Positions 41,460 through 51,657 of a stretch of DNA of 64,000 nucleotides are shown one piece after another (position 1 is the stretch's first letter; each line of letters begins with the position of its first letter). Origin of the DNA: an uncultured Verrucomicrobiae bacterium (GTDB taxonomy: Bacteria > Verrucomicrobiota > Verrucomicrobiia > Limisphaerales > Palsa-1400); contig OY969763.1 in assembly GCA_963702845.1 (NCBI GenBank), positions 5,856,001 through 5,920,000 on the forward strand, in the 5' to 3' direction. The position numbers were made by a program, and so were the translations under genes. The notes under the pieces were generated by a model that ran no database searches, had not been told where the DNA came from, and worked only from the letters and a program-made list of their open reading frames with translations.

Positions 41460-42224
41460 ATGAAAAAAGACCGCAAACTGATTATCGCAGGTAACTGGAA
41501 GATGAACAAAACCGTCGCCGAGTCTTTGGCTCTGGTGCGCGGATTGAAAATCGAACTCGCCAACCTCAAAGAGGTGGACATCGTGATCTGCCCGCCGTTC
41601 ACGGCGTTGAGCGAAGTGTCAAAGGCCGTGCTCGATTCGAGCATTCGCCTGGGCGCGCAAAATATGAGCGAGAATGGTTATGGCGCGTTCACCGGCGAAA
41701 TCGCTGGCGGAATGTTGAAGGAATTTTCCGTTCGTTACGTGATCCTTGGCCACTCCGAACGTCGCCAATTTCAGAAGGAAAGCGACGAATTAATCTCGAA
41801 AAAGGCGCAGGCGGCACATGCGAATTCGTTGAAACCGATCGTTTGCGTGGGCGAAACTTTGGCCGAACGCGAAGGAAATAAAACCGAGCAGGTCATCGAA
41901 ACGCAGGTCAAAGGCAGCCTCGCTGGATTGACGAAAGAGCAGATGGTTGAGACAGTTCTGGCCTATGAACCGGTTTGGGCCATTGGCACCGGCAAGACCG
42001 CTACAACGGCGCAAGCTCAAGAGGTACATGCCTTTATACGTAAATTGCTTGTGGGCCTGTTTGACGAAAACGTTGCTAAGCGCGTTCGTGTACAATATGG
42101 TGGCAGTGTTAAGCCGGCTAATGCTCGTGAGCTGATGGAACAGCCCGACGTGGACGGTGCTTTGGTCGGTGGAGCTTCGCTGGACGCGCGCAGTTTTTCT
42201 GATATTATCAAAAACTCGATTTGA
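41460..42224 (+). CDS. tpiA: Triosephosphate isomerase
   Basis: AGNWKM, GHSERR, AYEPVWAIGTG, LVGGASL. Confidence 0.97.
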   Translation: MKKDRKLIIAGNWKMNKTVAESLALVRGLKIELANLKEVDIVICPPFTALSEVSKAVLDSSIRLGAQNMSENGYGAFTGEIAGGMLKEFSVRYVILGHSERRQFQKESDELISKKAQAAHANSLKPIVCVGETLAEREGNKTEQVIETQVKGSLAGLTKEQMVETVLAYEPVWAIGTGKTATTAQAQEVHAFIRKLLVGLFDENVAKRVRVQYGGSVKPANARELMEQPDVDGALVGGASLDARSFSDIIKNSI

Positions 42225-42297
42225 GTCGGTGCCCAGTGTATATAGGCGCGCGCGTGAGCACGTTTGCCACGTAACGAATCGGAATAAATAGGAAATT

Positions 42298-42723
42298 ATG
42301 AGCTTAGTAATTGGATTTTTGACGTTCTTCCTCGTGTTGGACTGCGTATTTTTGATTTTTCTGGTGCTGTTGCAATTGCCCAAGAAAGAAGCTGGCGTAG
42401 GGGTGGCTTTCGGCGGCGGTGCGACCGATGCGCTGTTTGGCGCGGGTTCCGGCAACATGCTGACGAAAATCACGAAGTGGACGGCTGGAATTTTCTTCAG
42501 CCTTTGCCTCGTGCTCGCCGTCATGAGTGGACACCAATCGCGCAACACGGGCGCGCGTTCGTTGACTGAAGAGCTGGCGAATCGCCCGAAGTCGAGCCCT
42601 GGTTCGACCGGCGCTGGTCTGTTGCAAACGCCAACCACCACTTCGGCTGACGACACCAATACGCCAAAGACACCTTCGACCCCGGCTCCATCTCCGACAC
42701 CGTCGACGCCAAAGCCGAAATAA
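42298..42723 (+). CDS. secG: Preprotein translocase subunit SecG
   Basis: VLLQ...G.GVAFGGG...LFG...NMLTKIT; follows tpiA. Confidence 0.92.
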   Translation: MSLVIGFLTFFLVLDCVFLIFLVLLQLPKKEAGVGVAFGGGATDALFGAGSGNMLTKITKWTAGIFFSLCLVLAVMSGHQSRNTGARSLTEELANRPKSSPGSTGAGLLQTPTTTSADDTNTPKTPSTPAPSPTPSTPKPK

Positions 42724-42732
42724 ATTTTGCTG

Positions 42733-44355
42733 ATGAGATTCCTGGCGCAGACATTGAGTACTGCGCTGCTCTCATTGTTGGTAGCGGCCGGGTGTACCGT
42801 CTCTTATCCGCGCGCGGACTTCGTCATCATCAACGGGCACGAGCCTGAATCGCTCGATCCTGCCATCGGCAGCACCGTCGAAGACAGTCGCGTTGGCGCG
42901 GCGTTGTTCGAGGGATTCGTCCGAAGCGATCCTGTCACAGGCGAGGCGATTCCAAGTCTCGCCGAACGCTGGGACATTTCTCCCGATGGACGAGTTTACA
43001 CATTTCACCTGCGCACGAATCTGCAGTGGTCCACCGGCGAGCCGATTAAAGGGAAGGATTTTGTTTATTCCTGGCGACGCATTTTAGATCCGCGCACCGG
43101 CGCGAAATACGCGAGCCAACTCTTCTACGTCAAAAACGCGCAGGAATTCACCGAAGGTAAACTGAAGGACCCGGACAAAATCGGCATCCACGCGCTCGAC
43201 GCCAGCACAGTGCAAGTGGAGTTGAATCAACCCACGGCGTTTTTCCTTGGGCTCGCCACGTTGCCGACGTTTGCGGTTGTCCCGCAATTCGCCATCGAAA
43301 AATACGCCGACGCATGGGTGCGGAATCAACCAGTTCCGACCAGCGGCGCGTACACGCTGGAAATGTGGCGATTAAACGACCGCATTCGCATGCGAAAAAA
43401 TCCGCGTTATTGGGACGCGTCGAATACAAAGCTTGAAACGGTTGATTGGCTGCCCATCGCCATGCCGAGCACGGCTCTGAATCTCTATGACACCGGCGCT
43501 GCGGATATTATTTGGGACAAAGATTTGATTCCGCCCGAACTCCTCGACGCATTGCGCAGTCGTCCCGATTTTCACAGCTTCACTTATCTCGCCAGTTACT
43601 TCCTGCGCTACAACGTGACGCAACCGCCGTTCAATGACTTGCGCATCCGCAAGGCTCTTGCGCTGGCGATCGACAAGAAACGGATAGTCGAAAAGATTAC
43701 GCGCTCGGGAGAAAAAGCCGCGTCGCATCTCGTGCCGGACGGCGTTGCGAATTCAGATCCGCCTGAAGGTCTCGGCTACAATCCTGAGGAGGCGCGGCGT
43801 TTGTTGACCGAAGCTGGTTATCCGGACGGCAAAGGATTTCCCACGTTTAATTACCTTCTCGATTCTGGCGGCGGCGCGAACATGCACGCGCGAATTGCAG
43901 TTGAGATCCAAAACATGTGGGAACATGAACTCGGCATTCACGTCGAGTTGCGACAGATGGAGAAAAAAATCTATATCGATGCCCAGGACCGGCTGGACTA
44001 CAACGTGAGTCGCAGCACCTGGATTGGCGATTACAATGATCCCAACACTTTTCTCGATCTGTTCCGCAGCTTCGACGGCAATAACCGCACCGGTTGGAAA
44101 AATCCGCTCTACGACAAACTCATGAACGACGCCGGCAACGAGCCCGATTTGAAAAAGCGCACTGCCCTGCTCAAACAAGCCGAAACACTTCTGGTCCGCG
44201 ACGACCTGCCCATCGTGCCTCTTTACTTCTGGGTCGGATTCACTTTCTACAATCCGGCCAAGGTCAAAGGCATTTACCCGAACGTGCTAGACCTTCACCC
44301 GCTGAATGCGATTTGGACAACGCCCTCAAGCGCTCAAGGTACGACCAAACGGTAA
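42733..44355 (+). CDS. oppA: Oligopeptide ABC transporter substrate-binding lipoprotein
   Basis: Lipobox VAAGC; EPESLDP, DFVYSWRR, WIGDYNDP. Confidence 0.9.
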   Translation: MRFLAQTLSTALLSLLVAAGCTVSYPRADFVIINGHEPESLDPAIGSTVEDSRVGAALFEGFVRSDPVTGEAIPSLAERWDISPDGRVYTFHLRTNLQWSTGEPIKGKDFVYSWRRILDPRTGAKYASQLFYVKNAQEFTEGKLKDPDKIGIHALDASTVQVELNQPTAFFLGLATLPTFAVVPQFAIEKYADAWVRNQPVPTSGAYTLEMWRLNDRIRMRKNPRYWDASNTKLETVDWLPIAMPSTALNLYDTGAADIIWDKDLIPPELLDALRSRPDFHSFTYLASYFLRYNVTQPPFNDLRIRKALALAIDKKRIVEKITRSGEKAASHLVPDGVANSDPPEGLGYNPEEARRLLTEAGYPDGKGFPTFNYLLDSGGGANMHARIAVEIQNMWEHELGIHVELRQMEKKIYIDAQDRLDYNVSRSTWIGDYNDPNTFLDLFRSFDGNNRTGWKNPLYDKLMNDAGNEPDLKKRTALLKQAETLLVRDDLPIVPLYFWVGFTFYNPAKVKGIYPNVLDLHPLNAIWTTPSSAQGTTKR

Positions 44356-46226
44356 AACACGTCGGTGTTGTTGGAATCGATTGGAACAACCATGTGGTTC
44401 GTTGCACTTGAGTTGGCAACAGTCACCCAGTTTGCGCCGAGGCTGTTGGTTTGGGCCTGCAGACGCCCGCCTGGAACTGGCCAGGAGATGTCGAGGGTGT
44501 TGCCCGACAGTTTGGCGGTGAGGCGGACCGAGGCGAGTTTGTAGACGACACCGCCGTTTCCATTAGGAGGAGTGCTTGTCGCCATCGCATACAGTTCGCC
44601 GTTGGCGTCCTGTCCGAAGCCGTGAACGGTTTGACCGCTGGGCAAAATCTCGGAACCGAACTGCGGCAGTGTGAAGACATTTAACGTGCCAAGCTGAAGG
44701 TCGGCGTAGAAGATGCGGCCATTGATTCGAGTCGGCGACGGAATCAGAGCGAGATCACCGAAGATATATTTGCCGTAGAGCTCGGGCATGGTGCTGCCGC
44801 GATAGACGAAGCCGCCGGTGATGGAGATGCCGTTGTTGTGGTCGTATTCGAGGATGCCGTTCGGGCCGGTGATCGGGTCGATCAATCCGCTTGGTGATCC
44901 CGGGCTGAAATGTCCCGGTGGTGCGCCGATGGTGCCGGCACTACCGGCTGGACCGTTGGTCATGTTGAACAGGTAATCACCTTCTTTGATGGCCCAACCG
45001 TAGTTGCCGCCGCGTGTGATGCGGTTGATCTCTTCGATGTTGTTCTGTCCGACATCGGCTTCGATCAGGTCGCCGGTCACGAAATCGAAGGCGAAACGGT
45101 AGGGATTGCGCAGGCCGTAGGCGTAGATTTCCGGCACCTGGCCGGGGTCTTTGAAAGGGTTGTCGTTGGGGATGCGGTATTGACCGTTGGTGCTGATTGG
45201 ATCTGGGCTCGAAGGATTGAGGCTTGGGTTGAGCGGATCGAACCGCAACATTTTACCGAGCGGAACACTGAGATTTTGTGCGTTGCCACCGGGCGAGATG
45301 TGGCCGACGCCGACGTCGTTGGCCGTGCCGCCATCCCCCAAAGCCAGATACATGTAGCCGTCCGGGCCGAAGGTGCATGTGCCGCCATTATGGTTTTGGG
45401 CATTTTTGCCGAAAGAGATGACTTCGCGCAGAGACGTGCGGTCGATGACGTTGGCGTTGGTGGTGGAAGTCTTCCATTCATTGATGGCGTTTTTGTAAAG
45501 ATTGGCTGCACCGCCCGGGAGTGGATACGTCAGCGTCCCGTTCGTCTGTTCGCTATTGTAGGTGTAGAGCGTGCGATAACCGGGGCTCGAGGGATTGTTG
45601 TAGCCGGGATGAAAGGCGAGGCCGAGCAAGCCGCGTTCGTCATTTGGATTCGAGACACTGAGCGGCGGCGAGACGAGGCTTTGCAAGTCCAAGGCAGATG
45701 TGGGTGAGAGCACGCCGTCTTCGATGACGCGGATAAGGCCATTCTGTTCGAGAGCGAAGAGCCGGTGAGTATCGCCCGGCGGACTGATGCCGTAGAGCGG
45801 TGCGGACAAATTGGTGGCGACTGGGATGAGGAAAAGTGAGAACGCGCCATTTGTCACCTCCGCTGTGTAGCGAGCGATCGTAACGTTGACAGGTGATGGG
45901 GTGGCAACCAACCCCGTGCTATCCGCGGCAACGGCGGTCAATTTGTGTATTCCCAACACGAAAGTGAAGCCGCCGACACCGAAGTTGTACGGAGCTGTAG
46001 TAAAGTTGCGCAGCAAGTTTGTCCCGTCGAATAGTTGGACGTTCGTGACGGTGCCGGTCATGGTGCTGGCGATGGTGTTGATAGTGAAACTATCGGTGTT
46101 GCCGAAAACGGCCGCGTCAGGCGGATTCGTGATCGTAACGCTCGGGGATGCGTGGGCCGAAATGGCGATTACGTTGATGATGACGAGACAAAGGCCTACC
46201 GCTATGCGATTGACATACGCTTTCAT
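44334..46226 (-). CDS. Secreted Ig-like + PQQ glucose/sorbosone dehydrogenase-family protein with C-terminal 'W...FYRL' domain
   Basis: ERGLLGLAFHP, HNGG..FGPDG, EIYAYGLRNP, GGNYGW. Confidence 0.88.
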   Translation of the reverse strand: MKAYVNRIAVGLCLVIINVIAISAHASPSVTITNPPDAAVFGNTDSFTINTIASTMTGTVTNVQLFDGTNLLRNFTTAPYNFGVGGFTFVLGIHKLTAVAADSTGLVATPSPVNVTIARYTAEVTNGAFSLFLIPVATNLSAPLYGISPPGDTHRLFALEQNGLIRVIEDGVLSPTSALDLQSLVSPPLSVSNPNDERGLLGLAFHPGYNNPSSPGYRTLYTYNSEQTNGTLTYPLPGGAANLYKNAINEWKTSTTNANVIDRTSLREVISFGKNAQNHNGGTCTFGPDGYMYLALGDGGTANDVGVGHISPGGNAQNLSVPLGKMLRFDPLNPSLNPSSPDPISTNGQYRIPNDNPFKDPGQVPEIYAYGLRNPYRFAFDFVTGDLIEADVGQNNIEEINRITRGGNYGWAIKEGDYLFNMTNGPAGSAGTIGAPPGHFSPGSPSGLIDPITGPNGILEYDHNNGISITGGFVYRGSTMPELYGKYIFGDLALIPSPTRINGRIFYADLQLGTLNVFTLPQFGSEILPSGQTVHGFGQDANGELYAMATSTPPNGNGGVVYKLASVRLTAKLSGNTLDISWPVPGGRLQAQTNSLGANWVTVANSSATNHMVVPIDSNNTDVFYRLVVP

Positions 46227-46339
46227 TCTATTCTTTCCTTTTACCGGCAGAACCCTGGGGGAAGGGAATTCAGCTCTCTGTCTGTAAGATGAACGATGAA
46301 TCCATTTGTTCCCGCGATTTTTAGGAGCTATGAAATGCT

Positions 46340-47851
46340 TTATGCCTCGCGCCCGGCCTCACGGACGCGGATGAAGCGACGCAAAGCGACCAGGCCGACC
46401 GGCGCGACTGTGGCGGCCACCGCGAAAACCAGCCACATCATACCGGAATTCCTTGGCCCTTTTTCCGGACAATAGACCTGCAACAAAATTCCTGCTTTGG
46501 CCACAAGGAGTTTGCCCAGGAATAGCGGCACGTAAGAGAGCGCGCTGTAGGCAGCTTCTTGTCCCTTCGGCGCGATCGCGGCAGCGTATTCATAGACACG
46601 CGGCGAATAAAACGCTTCGCCAATCGAGAAGATTATTACGTTGATCGTAATCATGACGATATAGGGATGCACCGGTCCCGTCATGTGAAGGAAGTGATGA
46701 TGGATCAAATTGCCGAACGGCCCATCGGCTAACGGAGTAAACCACGCCGTCGGCAGCGCCATGATAAAGACCGACGCAGCGCAGATGCTGCCACCAAGAA
46801 TCACCATGCTGTAAGCTGCGAAACGTTGCGTCAATGCGCCAAGAATGGGCACGAGAAAAACAATCAGGATATTATTTAGCCCGAACAGATGTCCGACTGG
46901 CGCACCGTCACCCAATTCGCGAATGCCGAACTTGGGAAACACATAGTCCATGCCCACCGTGATCACTTTCAAAAATCCAATAAAAACTAGAAACACGAGC
47001 AAGCGAAAGAACGCGGATTGTTTCAACAGCCCCGCGAACAGTCGCACGGTGTCTTTGACACTATCGCGCACAGTAAACCAAAATGAATCCCACAGCGCCG
47101 CCTTCGGATATTTCGGCGTTTCAGGAACGATCTGACAGCCTGCGTCAGTCACTTCCATTCCTTTGCGCAAATAATAAGCGGCGGGGATCAGAGCACATTC
47201 GAAGACCAGACTGACCAGGAACAAAGTCCGGTAGGTGCTGATGTGCATCCCAAAAAGGTTGTAATGGCCATGTTCCCCGAGACCTTGTCTCACCCAGTCA
47301 AACACGAGACTCGCCGTCCAGAAGGCAAGATTCATGATGACGTACAGTAGTGAAAATGAAATCGAACGTTGTGTCGTTGTGGAGTAGCGGCGTGTGGCGG
47401 CGACGAGAATCGGGCCAGCCAACGCTTCGCCGATTGCTAACGGAAACAACCCGAGTCCGAGCGCGAGCCATTTGAAATTGGCCAGCACCATCGCCGCTCG
47501 AGCGATGATGCATATATAAAAACCAAGGAACAAACTCTTCCGCAAACCGATCGCGTCCGCCAAAGACCCGATCATTATTGTCATGCCCGTCATCGTCAGC
47601 GCCCAACTGCCAACCATCAAACCCGCTGCGTTGTCGCTGTATCCAAAATCGGATGATAGCCATAGGACCAGTGTCTTGTTGGTGACGGAGTACGCGGTGA
47701 TGGAAAGAAACTTGATCAGGAACACCAACCACAATTCGCGAGTAGCACCCTTGAGCACCGTGAACCGCCCGACGAACCCCGAAACGCCACGCGACGATGA
47801 GAGAGCGGCGGCGCTGGTTGTGGCAGGCGTCGAGCTTGTTGGCGCGGACAT
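46340..47851 (-). CDS. MFS transporter (POT-like)
   Basis: About 12 TM helices; GSLADAIGLRK motif A; SIGEAFYSPR. Confidence 0.85.
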   Translation of the reverse strand: MSAPTSSTPATTSAAALSSSRGVSGFVGRFTVLKGATRELWLVFLIKFLSITAYSVTNKTLVLWLSSDFGYSDNAAGLMVGSWALTMTGMTIMIGSLADAIGLRKSLFLGFYICIIARAAMVLANFKWLALGLGLFPLAIGEALAGPILVAATRRYSTTTQRSISFSLLYVIMNLAFWTASLVFDWVRQGLGEHGHYNLFGMHISTYRTLFLVSLVFECALIPAAYYLRKGMEVTDAGCQIVPETPKYPKAALWDSFWFTVRDSVKDTVRLFAGLLKQSAFFRLLVFLVFIGFLKVITVGMDYVFPKFGIRELGDGAPVGHLFGLNNILIVFLVPILGALTQRFAAYSMVILGGSICAASVFIMALPTAWFTPLADGPFGNLIHHHFLHMTGPVHPYIVMITINVIIFSIGEAFYSPRVYEYAAAIAPKGQEAAYSALSYVPLFLGKLLVAKAGILLQVYCPEKGPRNSGMMWLVFAVAATVAPVGLVALRRFIRVREAGREA

Positions 47852-48045
47852 TGTGGGAGTTTAGGAGGGCGATGGGATTGGTTAAAGACTTTTTGCCGTG
47901 GAATGTTTTCCGAGTTGCACTAGCATTCGCGGTATGTCGCCTGTTTTGTCAGCCTCTATGTCGTCTGTGGCTTGGTGTTGAATTATGGTTCGTTTAAACG
48001 CAGAGACACAAAGGACGCTGAGGTTCACATGGAGGGAAATTTGAA

Positions 48046-48960
48046 ATGTACTTTCTGAAGCGCATTTTGTTTTTCATCCCGTTGCTGCTGGTTATCAGCT
48101 TCCTGGCGTTTTCGTTGGTGCGCTTTGTGCCGGGTGGGCCGTTTGATTCGGATCGGCGCGCGGCGTCGCCAGAAATCGAACGGAACATGAAGGCGAAGTA
48201 TCATCTCGATGAGCCGATTTGGAAACAATACGGGCGGTTCTTCAATGACGCACTTCATGGAGATCTCGGCCCATCGCTGAAGTATCGCAATTTTTCGGTG
48301 TCGGAAATTATCGCGCAAGGATTGCCGGTGTCGCTCACGCTTGGCGCAGTGTCGTTTTTGTTTGCGCTGGGCGTGGGGATCCCAATGGGATTTTTTAGCG
48401 CGGTGAATCGAGGTGGGTTGGGGGATTACGTCGGAAGTTTTCTCGCGATTCTCGTCATCTGCATTCCTGGGCTGATAATTGGACCTATGCTCATCATGTT
48501 TTTCGCGATCAGGCTGCGGCTGTTTCCGGTCGCGCTCTGGGGTTCGCCGATGCACGTGATTTTGCCGATGGTTGCTCTTGGGTTGTATTTCTCCGGGTCT
48601 ATCGCCCGACTGATTCGGGAAGGAATGAGCACGACTTTGGACTCTGAGTTCATCATGACTGCGCGGTCAAAAGGGTTGAGCGAAACAGCGGTGCTGATCA
48701 AACACGCGTTTCGTATCGCGGTGTTGCCGGTGTTGTCGTATGCCGGCCCGTTGCTGGCGGATTTGCTCACCGGTTCGTTCGTTGTGGAAAATCTTTTCCA
48801 GATTCCCGGCATCGGCGTGTTCATGGTGAACAGTTCCTTAAATTCCGATTACACGATGGTCGTGGGGCTTGTGTTGCTCTATGCAGCGCTATTGTTGGTG
48901 TTGAACCTCGTTGTGGATTTTGCTTACGGCTTACTTGATCCGAGGGTGCGATATGAGTGA
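48046..48960 (+). CDS. oppB: Oligopeptide ABC permease
   Basis: PGGPF, GDLGPS, ARSKGL EAA loop, LDPR. Confidence 0.92.
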   Translation: MYFLKRILFFIPLLLVISFLAFSLVRFVPGGPFDSDRRAASPEIERNMKAKYHLDEPIWKQYGRFFNDALHGDLGPSLKYRNFSVSEIIAQGLPVSLTLGAVSFLFALGVGIPMGFFSAVNRGGLGDYVGSFLAILVICIPGLIIGPMLIMFFAIRLRLFPVALWGSPMHVILPMVALGLYFSGSIARLIREGMSTTLDSEFIMTARSKGLSETAVLIKHAFRIAVLPVLSYAGPLLADLLTGSFVVENLFQIPGIGVFMVNSSLNSDYTMVVGLVLLYAALLLVLNLVVDFAYGLLDPRVRYE

Positions 48961-49984
48961 AGCAGTCGAAATGCGAGGGTCGAGAGTCGAAAGCCCGACA
49001 GAGCCCTCTGGCCTTCGGCCTTCGACCGTCGACTTTCGACCACCGCTGAGTCCCAATCAACGCGCGTGGCGTCGCTTTCGGCGCAATCGTCCCGCAATCG
49101 TTTCCGCAGCATTCCTGTTCGCGTTTGTTGGGCTGATTCTTCTTTGGCCGTTGTTCAGTTCAACGCTCGCGTCTCACATGCCGCATGCGATGACGCATAA
49201 TCCGAATGCGGTTTCGGACGAGCAGTTCGCGAAACCCAATACGGAATACCTCTTCGGTACCGATGTCCATGGACGGGACTTACTCAGCCGCATTTGTTAC
49301 GGAGCGCGCGTGTCGCTTTTGGTCGGGTTGGTTGGTGCGGCGGTGAGCCTTGTCATCGGGGTGACGTGGGGATTGGTTTCCGGTTACGCCGGCGGACGCA
49401 CGGATTCGACGATGATGCGCATTGTCGACGTCATGTATTCCATGCCGACGATTGTATTTGTCATCGTGCTGATCACCGCGCTCAATGCGACACTGGCCAA
49501 AATGCAAACAGGGCCGCATGCGTTGCCGGCGGCGACGGTGAGGAATCTGCAATTCACCGGATTGTTCGTCGGGCTCGGTGCGGTGTCGTGGTTGACGATG
49601 GCGCGAATTGTTCGTGGACAAGTCCTGAGTTTGAGGCATCGGGCGTTTGTGGATGCGAGCCGGGCGTTGGGGGCGACGCACCCCAGAATTTTGCTCAAGC
49701 ACATTTTGCCGAATATTTACGGCATCATCATAGTGTATCTCACGCTGACAATTCCCTCGATCATTCTCTACGAATCGTTCCTGAGTTATCTCGGTCTCGG
49801 TATTCAACCGCCTCAGGCGAGTCTCGGATCGCTGATTGCGAGTGGTGCGGAGCAGATCAATGCAGTGAGAATTTACTGGTGGCTGGTTATTTTTCCGGGT
49901 GCAACATTGGCGGTGACGTTGCTCGCGCTAAATTTCGTTGGTGATGGTTTACGTGATGCGTTTGATCCCAGAGCCGACCGTTAA
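48953..49984 (+). CDS. oppC: Oligopeptide ABC permease
   Basis: FGTDVHGRD, ARIVRGQ, ESFLSYLGLG, GDGLRDAFDP. Confidence 0.92.
   Translation: MSEAVEMRGSRVESPTEPSGLRPSTVDFRPPLSPNQRAWRRFRRNRPAIVSAAFLFAFVGLILLWPLFSSTLASHMPHAMTHNPNAVSDEQFAKPNTEYLFGTDVHGRDLLSRICYGARVSLLVGLVGAAVSLVIGVTWGLVSGYAGGRTDSTMMRIVDVMYSMPTIVFVIVLITALNATLAKMQTGPHALPAATVRNLQFTGLFVGLGAVSWLTMARIVRGQVLSLRHRAFVDASRALGATHPRILLKHILPNIYGIIIVYLTLTIPSIILYESFLSYLGLGIQPPQASLGSLIASGAEQINAVRIYWWLVIFPGATLAVTLLALNFVGDGLRDAFDPRADR
48965..49041. repeat. Inverted heptamer arrays (GTCGARA x4 / TTCGACC x4) inside the oppC 5' end
   Basis: GTCGAAA TGCGAGG GTCGAGA GTCGAAA ... TTCGGCC TTCGACC GTCGACT TTCGACC. Confidence 0.7.
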
Positions 49985-50061
49985 CAGAGCCGCGCGCGTG
50001 AGCAAGCGATTTACCTAGCCGCTCCAAACGAAACCGCTTGCTCACGCGCGCGGCCCTGTTA
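49982..50061. repeat. REPIN-like inverted repeat, copy 3
   Basis: TAACAGAGCCGCGCGCGTGAGCAAGCGATTT ... AAACCGCTTGCTCACGCGCGCGGCCCTGTTA; the left end overlaps the oppC TAA. Confidence 0.9.
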
Positions 50062-50071
50062 GGAAACACTT

Positions 50072-51010
50072 ATGAAAGCAATTCGCGTTCAGCAATTCGG
50101 CGGGCCTGAGGTGATGAAATTGGAAGAGATTCCAAACATGCAACCTTCGGGTGACCAAGTGCTGGTGCGCATTCGCGCCGTCGGCGTTAATCCTGTCGAT
50201 ACCTACATTCGCGCCGGCCTCTATGATCCCAAACCGACACTGCCTTACACGCCGGGCAAAGATGCCGCAGGTGAAATTGTTGGAACCGGCCAACGCGTTT
50301 ACATCAACGGCACGTTAACCGGCGCATATGCCGAGTACGCGCTTTGCAATCCCGCCGATGTCCATCCGCTACCTGAACGACTTTCGTTCGAACAAGGTGC
50401 GGCTGTTGGCGTTCCTTACGCGACGGCGTACCGCGCATTGTTTCAACGCGCACGTGCGGTTGCCGGTGAAACCGTTTTAATCCACGGTGGCAGCGGTGGC
50501 GTGGGCACGGCGGCGATTCAACTCGCGCGCAACGCCGGCATGATTGTCATTGCGACGGCGGGAACTTATGAAGGCATTGAGCTAACGAAAAAGCTCGGAG
50601 CGCATCATGTGCTAAACCATCGCAAGCCGGATTACCTCAGCGAAGTTGCCAAAATTACGCAGGGTCATGGTGTGAACGTCATTCTTGAGATGCTCGCGAA
50701 CGTGAATCTTGGAAAAGACCTCACGGTGCTCGCGATGCGTGGACGCATCAGCATCATTGGCAGTCGCGGGCCGGTTGAGATCAATCCACGCGATGCCATG
50801 AAACGTGATGCGGATATTCGCGGAGTGATGTTGGGTAACGCAACGGCGGAGGAGCGTACGCAGATTTTTGCAGCGCTCGGGGCGGGATTTGAGAACGGAA
50901 CGCTCACCCCGATTGTCGGAACAAGTCTTCCGTTAGCTGAGGCAGCCAAAGCGCACGACGCCGTAATGAAACCTGGAGCCCACGGCAAAATCGTTTTGAA
51001 ACCCGATTAG
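50072..51010 (+). CDS. NADPH:quinone reductase (zeta-crystallin family)
   Basis: GVNPVDTY, HGGSGGVG, GKIVL. Confidence 0.9.
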   Translation: MKAIRVQQFGGPEVMKLEEIPNMQPSGDQVLVRIRAVGVNPVDTYIRAGLYDPKPTLPYTPGKDAAGEIVGTGQRVYINGTLTGAYAEYALCNPADVHPLPERLSFEQGAAVGVPYATAYRALFQRARAVAGETVLIHGGSGGVGTAAIQLARNAGMIVIATAGTYEGIELTKKLGAHHVLNHRKPDYLSEVAKITQGHGVNVILEMLANVNLGKDLTVLAMRGRISIIGSRGPVEINPRDAMKRDADIRGVMLGNATAEERTQIFAALGAGFENGTLTPIVGTSLPLAEAAKAHDAVMKPGAHGKIVLKPD

Positions 51011-51021
51011 CCTGCTGAGTT

Positions 51022-51543
51022 TCACGGGTGAATTTCCACGGGCGTCGCGTCGGGAACAACGCGGAAGATCTCTTCCATTTCCGGATCGGTTACGGCGATG
51101 CATCCAGCAGTCCAATTTTTGAAGCGTCGAAACCGACCCACGTACCAATACCCATTCGGCAACCCGTGAATCATGATGTCCCCTCCGGGTGGGACGCCGT
51201 GTTTGCGCGCCGACTCACGGTCCATTGTACTCGGGTAAGACACCTGCAGACTGAGGTGACAGGTGCTGTGCGGATTGTGGAGCGCAATATTGTAGAGGCC
51301 TTCGGGCGTGTGTTGATCGCCTTCCTTTTGTTTGTGCCCAATCGGATTGCCGCCGAAAGAAACGGTGTAGCGCTTGAGCAGGTTACCTTTGGAAAAGAGT
51401 TCCATCTGATGCTTTGATTTCCAGACCACAATTCGATCCGCAAGCGTGCCTTCGGGCAAAGTATCTGACCGCCAATTGGCCCAGGTGAATGCCGCAATTG
51501 CCAACAAAACGCCGACGAAAACCACCTTAAAGCAACGCCGCAT
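51022..51543 (-). CDS. YkuD L,D-transpeptidase family protein
   Basis: EGDQHTPEG.Y, IMIHG...WTAGCIA. Confidence 0.9.
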   Translation of the reverse strand: MRRCFKVVFVGVLLAIAAFTWANWRSDTLPEGTLADRIVVWKSKHQMELFSKGNLLKRYTVSFGGNPIGHKQKEGDQHTPEGLYNIALHNPHSTCHLSLQVSYPSTMDRESARKHGVPPGGDIMIHGLPNGYWYVGRFRRFKNWTAGCIAVTDPEMEEIFRVVPDATPVEIHP

Positions 51544-51657
51544 AGTTATATGCGAATGGAAACATGTGCGAAAACTTTCGTAAAGCTTTGATAACGCGGG
51601 GCTTTCTGCGTTTGTTGGCAGAGAAAGTGCTCCAAATGGCAGTTTATCGCTTTTGCT

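Noticed and set aside
26984..50061. Conserved repeats with variable spacers as a CRISPR array
   Set aside because: The copies are inverted pairs dispersed kilobases apart, not tandem direct repeats; no cas genes.
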